From an uncultured Bdellovibrionales bacterium (lineage in GTDB: Bacteria > Patescibacteriota > Minisyncoccia > Moranbacterales > UBA1568), in NCBI GenBank assembly GCA_964612055.1, contig CAZTBI010000002.1, positions 5,632-69,631 on the forward strand: DNA of 64,000 nucleotides, read 5' to 3'. A program made the translations under genes and the position numbers. The notes below the pieces were generated by a model. It was not told the DNA's origin. It was given only the letters and a program-made list of their open reading frames with translations, and did no database searches. Position 1 is the stretch's first letter, and each line of letters begins with the position of its first letter. Below are positions 9,182 to 18,825 of this stretch, in pieces.

Positions 9182-11185
9182 CTATGGATTAATTCCTGCC
9201 GCTCTCCATGCTGCTTTTTGTTCAGCAGTCAACTTGCTATAAGCATCAGCATGTTCCTTCGGTGACCAGTTTCCACTATGAACCTGATCAGTGACGTAGG
9301 CTATGGTTTCAGCATCAACAGGACGTCCAGTCCCACCATGCACCCCTTTAACCTTTCCGAGATCTTCAGCAGACATTCCGCCTAGATGCTTGTTATAAGC
9401 ATCTTGCCTCGTCATACCAGTAGCAATATCATTGTCAATCAATACTTTTGTATGTCCCTCTTTTTTAAGCTTCTGATCAAGCTTATCTTTAATCGCAGGA
9501 TTTGTAGCAACCATACCCTGATACTGGGCAGTAGTCATACCGTCGAAAGCTTTAGCGTCCATCTTATCAACAAGTTGAGCGATCGATTTTGTGTCGTTAC
9601 CCAAATGAGAAATAGCCGAAACCAAAGTATTGGCATCTCTAAATAATTCTTTGTCGGCTTTTTTGATAAGCTCAGCGCGCTTTTCATTTTGAGCCGCAGG
9701 ATTACCCGCATTCGCGACATCGACAGCTGCCAAACCTTGATTAAGTTGGGCGGCATCTTGGAAGCCTCCGCGCTTTGATAACAACCGAACCGCTGCTTCC
9801 AATGAAGCTTTATCGTGTTTAGTAGGATCAGCAACCATTGCTCGCAACTGAGTATCACTGGTTCGCTCTTCTTCCATCCTCTTCTCCTCTTCGGAGACTT
9901 TTTTGTTATGTTGACTCTCGACAGTTCGACGATATCCAGTCTTTCCTTCTCCCACATATGCAGCCAACCTTCCTTCGCTCTTCTCGCTAGAATCTTTCCA
10001 GTACTTAGGAGTGGCAAATCTTAGAACTTTATTATTTTCGGCACGACTCTTCAGGCCTTTTCCGACGCCTCTTGTCAACGTGTTATTATAGGTTTTCCTT
10101 CCTGCCCATTTAGCAAATTTTTGCCCCGTACCAGCTACAGCGCCGGCACCCATGATAGACATGGAAGTTGCCAGTCCAATCGCCATCCACAGCATAATCA
10201 TGGGGACGGTAAACATGGCCATAGAGCTAATAAAGCCAGCAGAAGTCGGGGCAGTATTAGCAGTCGCAGAATCAATAAATTGTTTCACCGTGTTGTCCTT
10301 CGCTATTTCTGCAAAAAAACGCGTAGCAACCATGAGCATAAGAGCTGCTGCTGGACCAAAAAACGTATACTGCCACAGTTTATCCCACCACATACCGCCA
10401 TATTTTCCGAGTCCCGGGATGACCGAAGCGGCAAAGCCGACAGAAGAAAAAATAAGAAGGATCACCAAGGCCGCTATACGAATCACAAATAGTATCGCCA
10501 AGACAAGCAGCGAAATTGAAAAGATGAACAGGAATACAATGGCCATGAGAATCTGTGACACTCCCATGCTTGTAAAATCAACCTCTTGGATACCACCCTT
10601 TGATCCAGGAATGAGGATGTTTTGAATTTGCGAAGCACTCAAAACTGTTCCCAGATAATCTTTCTGGTTTGTACCATCTCCAGTAGCCCCTATTTGATTA
10701 ATAAAGTAGTACATCGGGACATTGGTCACATCGATAATAATCCGGGTAATAGGGAAACTGAAGTTCACAAAGAGCGCCGCCAAGACAATGCTGAGCAATG
10801 TTTTCTTGTAGTTGCTCGCTACCTGAAAAACGATAGTAAAGGCAGTATAAAGAAGCGTCAGGATAAAGAAGAGGTTGAAAAAATCTCGAACAAACTGCCA
10901 CATGGTGTAGACACTGGCACGATTGAGCAGCCCATCTGATCCAGAGATATAATCCGGATTCACTGCCCATTCAAAAAGCGTAATAGCTATTGAGGCGAGC
11001 CAGCCAATCATCACAAAAACACCGTAGAGAAGAGCCTTGAATGCAGATCCTACGGTATTCCCAAGCAAATCGCCAAGACCAGCGTGCACCAAAGACGGGC
11101 TTAGAAAAAATATTCCCGATGCAAAAGCAAGAAGCGTGAAAGCAGAGACGACGATATTTTGTCTTTTGTTTTTTTTGAACACCAT
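9182..11185 (-). CDS. VirB6/TrbL-like polytopic membrane protein with a long soluble C-terminal tail
   Basis: W.FVRDFFNLF, ALFVNFS.PITR.IID, R...LVILLIFS, WW.KL...FFGP; located in the virB4 cluster. Confidence 0.78.
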   Translation of the reverse strand: MVFKKNKRQNIVVSAFTLLAFASGIFFLSPSLVHAGLGDLLGNTVGSAFKALLYGVFVMIGWLASIAITLFEWAVNPDYISGSDGLLNRASVYTMWQFVRDFFNLFFILTLLYTAFTIVFQVASNYKKTLLSIVLAALFVNFSFPITRIIIDVTNVPMYYFINQIGATGDGTNQKDYLGTVLSASQIQNILIPGSKGGIQEVDFTSMGVSQILMAIVFLFIFSISLLVLAILFVIRIAALVILLIFSSVGFAASVIPGLGKYGGMWWDKLWQYTFFGPAAALMLMVATRFFAEIAKDNTVKQFIDSATANTAPTSAGFISSMAMFTVPMIMLWMAIGLATSMSIMGAGAVAGTGQKFAKWAGRKTYNNTLTRGVGKGLKSRAENNKVLRFATPKYWKDSSEKSEGRLAAYVGEGKTGYRRTVESQHNKKVSEEEKRMEEERTSDTQLRAMVADPTKHDKASLEAAVRLLSKRGGFQDAAQLNQGLAAVDVANAGNPAAQNEKRAELIKKADKELFRDANTLVSAISHLGNDTKSIAQLVDKMDAKAFDGMTTAQYQGMVATNPAIKDKLDQKLKKEGHTKVLIDNDIATGMTRQDAYNKHLGGMSAEDLGKVKGVHGGTGRPVDAETIAYVTDQVHSGNWSPKEHADAYSKLTAEQKAAWRAAGINP

Positions 11186-11332
11186 ACGTTACGAAAAGAA
11201 GATCCACTTCCCATTCTCAAACAAAAGGGGAATTTTCCGAACACTTTCGTCAAAATTATACCATACAAGAGAAGAAAACAAAAAAGAGCGCTCGCACGAA
11301 ACGCTCTTCTTTTCTTATCTTCTGACACGTTT

Positions 11333-12577
11333 CTAGTAAATGTATCCTTTGATGGCTCGGCTCGTAGCAGAAAGCGTCCGACGACTGGTCTTACCCCAAC
11401 CGACATAGTTCATTTCAGAGACCGTGATCGTACCGCCACTCACTTTTTCTACCAGGGCGACGTGACCATAGTACCGATTCTCAGTGGTTACTACGATGGA
11501 ACCAACCGCGGGCGTTCGCCCAGTCTTGTATCCCATAGCTTTGGCTTTGTAGAGCCAAGTACCAGCATTACCACTCCACGGAACATAGCGTTTCTGAGCC
11601 ACGTACCAGGTACAGTAGCCATACGGAAAGCGATGACCTGTACCAGCTCGCCCTTCGAGCTTCTTGAAACCAGAAGAAATATCAGTCGCTACACCACCTG
11701 TTGAAGTAGCATACTGACGCCGTTCGATGCCGGTATCAGGAGTGACTGGCTTCGGAGCTTCTTCTTTCTTTCCGTCAGGGATGATAATGAGGTCGCCCAC
11801 TTCTATTTCACCATTCGCTGGCAACTCATTGAAGGCGATAATTTTTTCCTTCTCTGCCTTATACATTGAAGCGATAGAATCAAGGGTATCACCAGACTTC
11901 ACCACATAGGAGAGTCCCGCTACCGGCAAGATAAATATCTGATCGCCTGGCTTGATCTGATCAGCATTGTCGAGGTCGTTAGCCCAGAGAACCGTATTGA
12001 CCGTAATACCGTTCTTCGAGGCGATACCACTTAAGGTATCGCCGTCCTTGACGGTATAGATCTTCACCCCGCCATCTTCTTCTGGGTCACGAGCGATAGA
12101 AGAGCCAGTCTGAGTCGAAAGAAGCACCTGGTTCCCCAAAGTAGCATTCTGAATATCCAAGAGTGAAATATCAGTTTTCTCCTCTGGATCAATAGGAGCA
12201 GGGGCATTGGCAAGCGGCACCAAAGACAGGTTCTCCTTTTTACTAACCTGCGCCGCGATACGATGCTTAGACGAAAGCGCTTCCTCAGCAGAAGCACCGT
12301 CGCCGTTAATATAGCCGAAAAGAAGGCTCTCTGAGTCTTTTCCCTGAGTGAAATTACTCACCGAAACGAGTAAAGCGCTCGAAGTGACGATAGAAAAGGC
12401 TGAATAGTTTCGAAAAATACGTACGACTCGATAGCCGGAAACTTCCTTGATAAAATGAAGCACTCTCGTCTGAAGACGGTGAAGGCGAGTATGCAAAGCG
12501 TAGGAAGAGACAGGATAGTCTCTTTTTTCCTTCACGTGAGGAGCGCGTTTCCAAGGAAACGATAAACGCTCTTTCAC
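11333..12577 (-). CDS. LysM-LysM-CHAP peptidoglycan hydrolase
   Basis: Two LysM repeats (YTVKDGDTLSGIA, YVVKSGDTLDSIA) plus CHAP (GYCTWYV, GNAGTW, YGHVALVE, SEMNY). Start uncertain. Confidence 0.9.
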   Translation of the reverse strand: MKERLSFPWKRAPHVKEKRDYPVSSYALHTRLHRLQTRVLHFIKEVSGYRVVRIFRNYSAFSIVTSSALLVSVSNFTQGKDSESLLFGYINGDGASAEEALSSKHRIAAQVSKKENLSLVPLANAPAPIDPEEKTDISLLDIQNATLGNQVLLSTQTGSSIARDPEEDGGVKIYTVKDGDTLSGIASKNGITVNTVLWANDLDNADQIKPGDQIFILPVAGLSYVVKSGDTLDSIASMYKAEKEKIIAFNELPANGEIEVGDLIIIPDGKKEEAPKPVTPDTGIERRQYATSTGGVATDISSGFKKLEGRAGTGHRFPYGYCTWYVAQKRYVPWSGNAGTWLYKAKAMGYKTGRTPAVGSIVVTTENRYYGHVALVEKVSGGTITVSEMNYVGWGKTSRRTLSATSRAIKGYIY

Positions 12578-12846
12578 CCTCGAAAAGAAAAGCTTGGTAC
12601 GAATAAAACGTCGGCCCTTCGATTGGGAAAACCCCTGAGAACAGGTCTGTTGGAACCATCCAACAAGAAACGTCCATCGCGGCTCTTCCCCTAATTTTTA
12701 CAAATGTCAGTATAGCTTTTTCCTTTCCTTTCGTCAATGAAAAAAGTCACTAAAAACGTACTTTATGGCTTAAATAAAGCACAGTATCGTTGTATAACTT
12801 CTGCTCAAAAAGAAGTATACGCCAACTCTCAAAAGAAAGGCTCTAC

Positions 12847-12967
12847 ATCTTCCTCTCGGGCAACTTGGCAGGAAATTTGCATAGTTCCTTGCTCCTTGGG
12901 CAAGGAAAATTTTCTGACACGTTAGTCAAAACTGAGCTGGAGTTTTGATGAGCCAGAGAGGAAAGAT
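12847..12967. repeat. Palindromic intergenic element (MITE/RPE-like)
   Basis: Terminal inverted repeat ATCTTCCTCTC / GAGAGGAAAGAT with nested hairpins (CAGGAAATT..AATTTTCTG; TTCCTTGC..GCAAGGAA; TCAAAACT..AGTTTTGA). Confidence 0.5.
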
Positions 12968-13027
12968 CGGGGCCAGTAAAAAGGTGCTCTATGATACAAT
13001 ACACATGTCTTATAATATTATTCTGCC

Positions 13028-13981
13028 ATGACCTCTTTTGAAAAGCCACAGAACGATATCGAAGCTTTAGCCAAGCGCTTTTGTGACCACCTCGAGATAG
13101 AACTCAACCGATCCAGACGGACACTCGAGAGCTATTCTCGGGTGCTGCAGTCCTTCTTTTCCTGGGGAAACATCACTATTCCAGCCGATATTACCGCCGA
13201 AAAGGTCCGGGAATATCGTCTTCACCTGAACCGTAAGTCGAACCGTCGAGGGGAAAGCCTCAAGAAGAACACCCAGTCCTACCACGCTATTGTACTTCGC
13301 ACCTTCCTCAAATACCTCGCTAAACAAGACATCGAGGTCCTGCCAGCTGAAAAAATCGAGGTGGGAAAGGCCGAAGACCGACAGATTGATTTCCTCGAAT
13401 ACGATGAGGTCATGCGTCTGATCGAAGCCGCCTCCGGAAAAACCCCGAAGAACCTCCGTGATCAAGCCATCCTGGAACTTCTTTTTTCTTCGGGGCTGCG
13501 CGTCTCGGAACTCGTCTCACTCGATCGCAACCACGTGAATCTGGAGAAAGAAGAGTTCAGTGTCCGTGGTAAGGGTCGAAAATTACGTATTGTCTTTATT
13601 TCACCTGAAGCCAAGAAATCACTCCAAAAATATCTCGATATCCGCTCTGATGTCGATCCGGCTCTCTTCATCGCCTATCCCAAAAAAGGCCTGGTCAATG
13701 AGAAGAATAGGAAGCGCGAGACACTCCGTCTCACGACCAGGAGCATCGCTCGCATCGTGAAACACTATGCCACCAAGGCTGGAATACTGAAAGATGTCCA
13801 TCCGCACACCCTGCGTCACAGTTTTGCCACGGATCTTTTGGTTAATGGTGCCGATATCAGATCAGTACAAGCCATGCTTGGACATGCCTCCATCACTACC
13901 ACTCAGATCTACACCCACGTCACCAACGAACGCCTGAAAGAAGTCCATCAATCCTTCCACGCCAAAAGAAAAAAGAAGTGA
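13028..13981 (+). CDS. xerC: XerC/XerD-family tyrosine recombinase
   Basis: SGLRVSEL, VRGKGRK.R, HPHTLRHSFAT, LGHASITTTQIYTHV. XerC versus XerD cannot be resolved by eye. Confidence 0.88.
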   Translation: MTSFEKPQNDIEALAKRFCDHLEIELNRSRRTLESYSRVLQSFFSWGNITIPADITAEKVREYRLHLNRKSNRRGESLKKNTQSYHAIVLRTFLKYLAKQDIEVLPAEKIEVGKAEDRQIDFLEYDEVMRLIEAASGKTPKNLRDQAILELLFSSGLRVSELVSLDRNHVNLEKEEFSVRGKGRKLRIVFISPEAKKSLQKYLDIRSDVDPALFIAYPKKGLVNEKNRKRETLRLTTRSIARIVKHYATKAGILKDVHPHTLRHSFATDLLVNGADIRSVQAMLGHASITTTQIYTHVTNERLKEVHQSFHAKRKKK

Positions 13982-14003
13982 CCTCACATCACTTCTTTTT
14001 ATA

Positions 14004-16253
14004 TTATACCTTCTTCAGTGGCGCCACTCCGAGCATCATTTTCTTGACGCCGGCACGCTTGAAGGCGATAGTAGCCAGTGTTCCAGCGATCGAAACGATC
14101 AGTCCCGAACCGAACTGCGGATGTTCCACCATGTCTCCTGGCCTAACGTCACTGAACGTCAGCGGCTCTGCAGTTTCCGTGTTTCCTTCGGATATTTTTA
14201 GAGCTTCTTTGAGAGAACCGACTTTTTTTGTCGCTACTGGAAACGAATGAAAAGACTTTCGAAAATGACGCTTGCCCATCATCCCAGTACGTTTCAGTTC
14301 TTTTTCATCAATCAAGTGACTGGGAATTTCACTGATGAAACGTGACGGCGGATTCACCTGCGTCGAACCAAAAATAGTTCGCTGTTCGGTATAGAGGAGA
14401 CACACTCGCTCCTTGGCCCGGGTCAGTCCCACGTACATGAGCCGGCGCTCTTCTTCCATCTCTTGTGGCGAGAGGGCGCTCCGTGAGTGCGGGAACACGC
14501 CTTCTTCCAACCCGAGAATGAACACGATCGGAAACTCCAACCCCTTGGCGCTGTGCACTGTCATGACATGCACTGCCTCACTCTCCCGATTGATCTCATC
14601 GGTATCAGATGATAGCGCCACTTCTTCGAGGAAACGCTCCAGTGCTTGATCGAGACTGGTATCATTAAATTTCTGTGCCACCGAAAAAAGTTCCCGCACG
14701 TTTTCTTGCCGTACTTCTCCTTCGCTCGTCCCATCAGCCAGACTATCAAAATAACCACTCTGTTCTGTGAGAAGATCCAAAAGCTCCGTCAGTTTCAGGT
14801 CCGTCCGACTCTCCATCGTGGCTCGGATCTTCAAGAAGATATCGGCAAACTGCTTGATAAGCTTGATTTTGCCATCGCGGAGGTCACTTGTTTCAGTGGA
14901 AAGTTCATACGCCGCCTCCATAACACTCATATCCTTGGCTCGCGAGAAAGCAATCCACCGGTCGAGCGTTGCTCTTCCGATGCTTCGTTTGGGTTCATTC
15001 ACAATACGCTCCAACGCCAAGACGTCCTTTGGATTCTGTAAAAGCTTCACGTAAGAAATAACGTCCTTGATTTCCTTGCGCTGATAGAATTTGAGTCCCC
15101 CGACAATCCGATAGTTGATAGAGTAACGAAGAAACATTTCTTCCACAATACGAGACTGAGCATTGGTACGGTAGAGTACTGCAAAGTCACTCGCTGTACG
15201 CCCTTTCTTCATTTCTTCTTGCACTGTCTCCGCCACAAAACGCGCTTCTGCCTCTTCATCTTCTGCCGGACAGAGCGTGATCAATTCTCCAGCCTTAGTT
15301 TCCGTCCACAATTTCTTGTGGCGCTGGTGAACGTTCTTTTCAATTACCCCGGTGGCGGCATCAAGAATGACCTGAGTGGAACGATAATTCTGATCAAGCA
15401 CGATGACTGCTGCCTCCGGATAGTCTTTTTCAAAATTCAAAATATTACGAATATCCGCCTGACGCCAACCGTAAATCGACTGATAGTCATCGCCGATCAC
15501 AAAAATGTTGCCGTGTTTCTTAGCAAGAAGGTGTACCAGGGTGTACTGAAGCGAGTTGGTATCCTGATACTCGTCCACCATGACGTAGCGGAACAATTCT
15601 TGATACTTCTCCAAAACTTTTGGATATTCCTGAAAGAGTTTTACCGTCAATCGGATCATGTCGTCAAAATCCAAAGCATTGGTATTTTTGAGCTCCTTCT
15701 GATACCGCTCGTACACCTTGGCGGCTAGTTCCTCGTAGTAACTCCCCGTCTGAAGCAGATACTGTTCCGGCTCCATCTGGGCATTCTTAGCTTTCGAGAT
15801 CGCTTCCAAAAGCGAGCGTGGCCGTACCTGGTCCGGATCCATCTCGAGCTCCTTCATGACCTTTTTCACGATCGACTGCTGATCCTGATCATCAATAATA
15901 TTGAAATTCCGACCATACCCCAGGACTTCAATCTCCCGACGTAAGATCTTGGCACAAATGTTGTGAAAGGTGCCGATATGCGGCGGTAAGACCAAGGCGC
16001 CATATTCTGCTGCCTCACTCTGGGAAAGCAACTTCTCAATACGCTCCCGCATCTCCTGAGCCGCCTTATTCGTAAAAGTGACCGCCAAGATCCGCTCAGG
16101 ACTTACTTTTTTCTCTTCGATCAAGTAAGCAATACGGTGCGTCAAAGTCTTCGTCTTACCGGATCCGGCTCCAGCCAAAATCAAAACTGCCCCTTCTGTG
16201 GTCAGAACGGCCCGCAATTGCTCTGGATTCAACCCTTTTTCCCAAAATTTCAT
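14004..16253 (-). CDS. pcrA: ATP-dependent DNA helicase PcrA/UvrD
   Basis: AGAGSGKT, VDEYQDTN, QNYRST, MTVHSAKGLEF, EEERRLMYVGLTRAK. Confidence 0.95.
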   Translation of the reverse strand: MKFWEKGLNPEQLRAVLTTEGAVLILAGAGSGKTKTLTHRIAYLIEEKKVSPERILAVTFTNKAAQEMRERIEKLLSQSEAAEYGALVLPPHIGTFHNICAKILRREIEVLGYGRNFNIIDDQDQQSIVKKVMKELEMDPDQVRPRSLLEAISKAKNAQMEPEQYLLQTGSYYEELAAKVYERYQKELKNTNALDFDDMIRLTVKLFQEYPKVLEKYQELFRYVMVDEYQDTNSLQYTLVHLLAKKHGNIFVIGDDYQSIYGWRQADIRNILNFEKDYPEAAVIVLDQNYRSTQVILDAATGVIEKNVHQRHKKLWTETKAGELITLCPAEDEEAEARFVAETVQEEMKKGRTASDFAVLYRTNAQSRIVEEMFLRYSINYRIVGGLKFYQRKEIKDVISYVKLLQNPKDVLALERIVNEPKRSIGRATLDRWIAFSRAKDMSVMEAAYELSTETSDLRDGKIKLIKQFADIFLKIRATMESRTDLKLTELLDLLTEQSGYFDSLADGTSEGEVRQENVRELFSVAQKFNDTSLDQALERFLEEVALSSDTDEINRESEAVHVMTVHSAKGLEFPIVFILGLEEGVFPHSRSALSPQEMEEERRLMYVGLTRAKERVCLLYTEQRTIFGSTQVNPPSRFISEIPSHLIDEKELKRTGMMGKRHFRKSFHSFPVATKKVGSLKEALKISEGNTETAEPLTFSDVRPGDMVEHPQFGSGLIVSIAGTLATIAFKRAGVKKMMLGVAPLKKV

Positions 16254-16324
16254 AGAACTTTACTATTCTATCACAGTCCGTACCTTCACTCTATCCTGGG
16301 AAGAAATATGCTAAAATACCAGAT

Positions 16325-17959
16325 ATGAAAGCCTTTTTCCTGAAATGTATTGAGAGTATCGAAAATACCCCGCTCACTCTGAGATCCTTCAGCGTAGCCT
16401 TTTTTGCGCTCATTATTGCCCGCCTCACAGTAGAGAACACCCTTGGACTTTTCAGGGAAGGTTCGTTCTTCTTTTTCTTTTTTGAATTCACCCACACCTT
16501 CCTCTTTTTCCTCTGCTCCTTCATTATCATGCTTCCCATTGTCTGGTGGGCAGGCGCTGTCGACCTAAAAAAGGCAGCCAACATTCTCCTTTTTGGCTTT
16601 CTCATCATTCTCACGCCACCTATTATTGACACCTGGATCTTCCATGGGAGTCATTTCTGGAGCTTTTATGAGTTTGACGGACTAAGAGGGCTTTTCGGGC
16701 GCTTCTTCACCCTCTTCGGAGACACACCTGATATCGGCATTACGTACGGTGTTCGGGTCGAAGTAGTCTTGGTCACTCTCGCTCTTGGCATGTACACCTT
16801 CCTCAAGTCTAGGCGCTTGGGCAAGAGCCTTCTCGCCGCTCTCCTGACATACACCACCCTTTTTGTACTTGGCACTTTTCCTTCTTGGGTCACGCTCTTT
16901 GTTCTTGCTTTCCAAAAAGGTCTCTTTGCCATCACAAGTAGTGACGTGGCCGCCCTTTTCCTCTCTCCAGAACAAATTCTTGGACGCGATCTCTCAGACT
17001 TTCGGAGCGTACTTAATTTCAAGATGAGCCTCATCTACGCCCTCCTTGCAAGCACCTTAGGAAGCCTCCTCCTCTTCCGTCAGGCTCCAACCTACTTCTT
17101 TGCACTCTGGAACAATGCTCGTCTTCCTCAGCTTATCTACCATGCCGGCCTTCTCATTCTTGGCATGCTCCTTGCCATCTATTTCTCCAATGGCCATTTC
17201 CAATTCGAATTCTTCCACCTCCTTGGCATCGCTGTTCTTCTCATCGCCGTTGAGTCAGCCTGGCTCGCTTCAGTCATCGTCAATGACATACACGATACCA
17301 AAATAGATGCTCTCACCAACCCCAACCGGCCACTCATTGAACACACTATTCCGACCGAGCTCTATCCTGTCTTCGGCGCTCTTTTCTTTGCCATCTCCAT
17401 CGTCTTTTCTGGTATTGTCAGTTTTTCAGCTCTCCTCATGCTCCTCGCCTACCAGGCGATTGCCTGGCTTTATTCTGCTCCACCACTCCGTCTCAAGAAA
17501 TACCCCCTCCTTGCCACATTTCTCGCTGCCTTTGCCGGTATCCTGGTTCTTGTCGCTGGTTCTGTTTCCCTCTCGGAAACGCATGACATCTCCGCCCTCC
17601 CCTTGCCACTCCTCATCTATCTCTTCATCGCCTATCTGCTCGCCCTTCCCATTAAAGACTTCAAGGACATCAGGGGTGATCAGGGTGATCAGGTCTACAC
17701 TATCCCTGTCCTCTTGGGCGCACAACTCGGGAAACAGGTCATTGGTACCCTGACCTTTCTTCTCTTCGTTTTCAGTCCGTTTGTTCTTCATATACGCTCC
17801 CTCTTTTTTCCAGCCCTCTTCTTCGGCGGCCTTACCTTTCTCGCACTTCAAAAAGGGACCGACGATGAAGCATCTTTCTTCGCCTTCCGAAAACTGCCTC
17901 GTATCATTCTTACTCTTACTATTCTCTACGGTATCGTCACCGTGCTCTTCCTGGTGTAA
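16325..17959 (+). CDS. UbiA-family prenyltransferase with an extra N-terminal membrane domain
   Basis: Asp-rich motifs NDIHDTKID..NPNRPL, YSAPPLRLK and KDFKDIRGD in the C-terminal half; ~260 aa of additional TM segments before them. Confidence 0.82.
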   Translation: MKAFFLKCIESIENTPLTLRSFSVAFFALIIARLTVENTLGLFREGSFFFFFFEFTHTFLFFLCSFIIMLPIVWWAGAVDLKKAANILLFGFLIILTPPIIDTWIFHGSHFWSFYEFDGLRGLFGRFFTLFGDTPDIGITYGVRVEVVLVTLALGMYTFLKSRRLGKSLLAALLTYTTLFVLGTFPSWVTLFVLAFQKGLFAITSSDVAALFLSPEQILGRDLSDFRSVLNFKMSLIYALLASTLGSLLLFRQAPTYFFALWNNARLPQLIYHAGLLILGMLLAIYFSNGHFQFEFFHLLGIAVLLIAVESAWLASVIVNDIHDTKIDALTNPNRPLIEHTIPTELYPVFGALFFAISIVFSGIVSFSALLMLLAYQAIAWLYSAPPLRLKKYPLLATFLAAFAGILVLVAGSVSLSETHDISALPLPLLIYLFIAYLLALPIKDFKDIRGDQGDQVYTIPVLLGAQLGKQVIGTLTFLLFVFSPFVLHIRSLFFPALFFGGLTFLALQKGTDDEASFFAFRKLPRIILTLTILYGIVTVLFLV

Positions 17960-17992
17960 CAAAAAAATGAGCGCTATAAGAAAAGAACTCCC

Positions 17993-18802
17993 TCAGGAGT
18001 TCTTTTCTCTATCCCACAAAGCGAGTTCTTCCCACTGTTCAATCGAAAGTCCCTGCGCGCGAATATCTTTTCGTAAACCAAGTGACTCCAACTTTTTCTC
18101 TACCACCTCACGTGGTATCGAGAGACTCGTGGCCAGATTATTCGCCAAGGTTTTCCGACGCGCTGCAAATCCGGCTCGAGCCAGACGAAATACCTTCCGA
18201 TCTTCTTCGGGATCATAGGCGCGCTTCGGAACAATATGCACGACTGCACTGTTCACTTTTGGTACCGGATCAAAAGCTGTTTTCGGAACAAACAATTTCT
18301 TCTCAACATGAGCATAGTACTGCGCCATGACTGAAAGAAGACTCATATCACCCGGTTCGGCCGCAAGACGCTTGGCTACTTCATCCTGCACCATAAGCGT
18401 CAGTGACTGCGGTTGAGATGGTAGCGAAAGGAGCGTGCGAATAATTGGCGCCGTGATGTAGTATGGGATATTAGCGACGATCTTGTAGGGATGCTCGGAG
18501 AAACCGGAGGATTGCAACAATTCTTCAAGGTGGAGATCCAAGATATTTCCTTCTACAATAGAGACGCTTTTCGAATCCACAAAATGCTTCTGGAGTTGCA
18601 CCGCCAGTTCATGATCAAGCTCAATCGCCAAAAGTTTTTCAGACCGCTCTGCTAGTTGAAAAGTAAGTGCTCCGGTTCCGGGACCCACTTCTACTACCCA
18701 GTCAGTCGGCATTACTTCTGCCACAGTAAAGATTCCCTCAATGACCTCTTCGTCTTTGAGAAAATTCTGCCCGAGTGATTTCTTAGCTACTACCTTCTTC
18801 AT
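17993..18802 (-). CDS. rsmA: 16S rRNA m6,2A dimethyltransferase RsmA/KsgA
   Basis: KKSLGQNFL, EVGPGTGALT, ANIPYYIT, F.PVPKVNS. Confidence 0.95.
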   Translation of the reverse strand: MKKVVAKKSLGQNFLKDEEVIEGIFTVAEVMPTDWVVEVGPGTGALTFQLAERSEKLLAIELDHELAVQLQKHFVDSKSVSIVEGNILDLHLEELLQSSGFSEHPYKIVANIPYYITAPIIRTLLSLPSQPQSLTLMVQDEVAKRLAAEPGDMSLLSVMAQYYAHVEKKLFVPKTAFDPVPKVNSAVVHIVPKRAYDPEEDRKVFRLARAGFAARRKTLANNLATSLSIPREVVEKKLESLGLRKDIRAQGLSIEQWEELALWDREKNS

Positions 18803-18825
18803 GCTGTTTGTTGACTATTGAATTG

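Noticed and set aside
12748-12776. Possible dif site near xerC (TTATGGCTTAAAT)
   Set aside because: Poor match to the XerD arm, no XerC arm, and a parS cluster 28 kb away points to an origin-proximal region.
663-13981. ICE bounded by tRNA-Leu and the tyrosine recombinase
   Set aside because: No duplicated tRNA-Leu 3' end found near xerC, no relaxase, the recombinase looks like chromosomal XerC/D, and start contexts match native genes.
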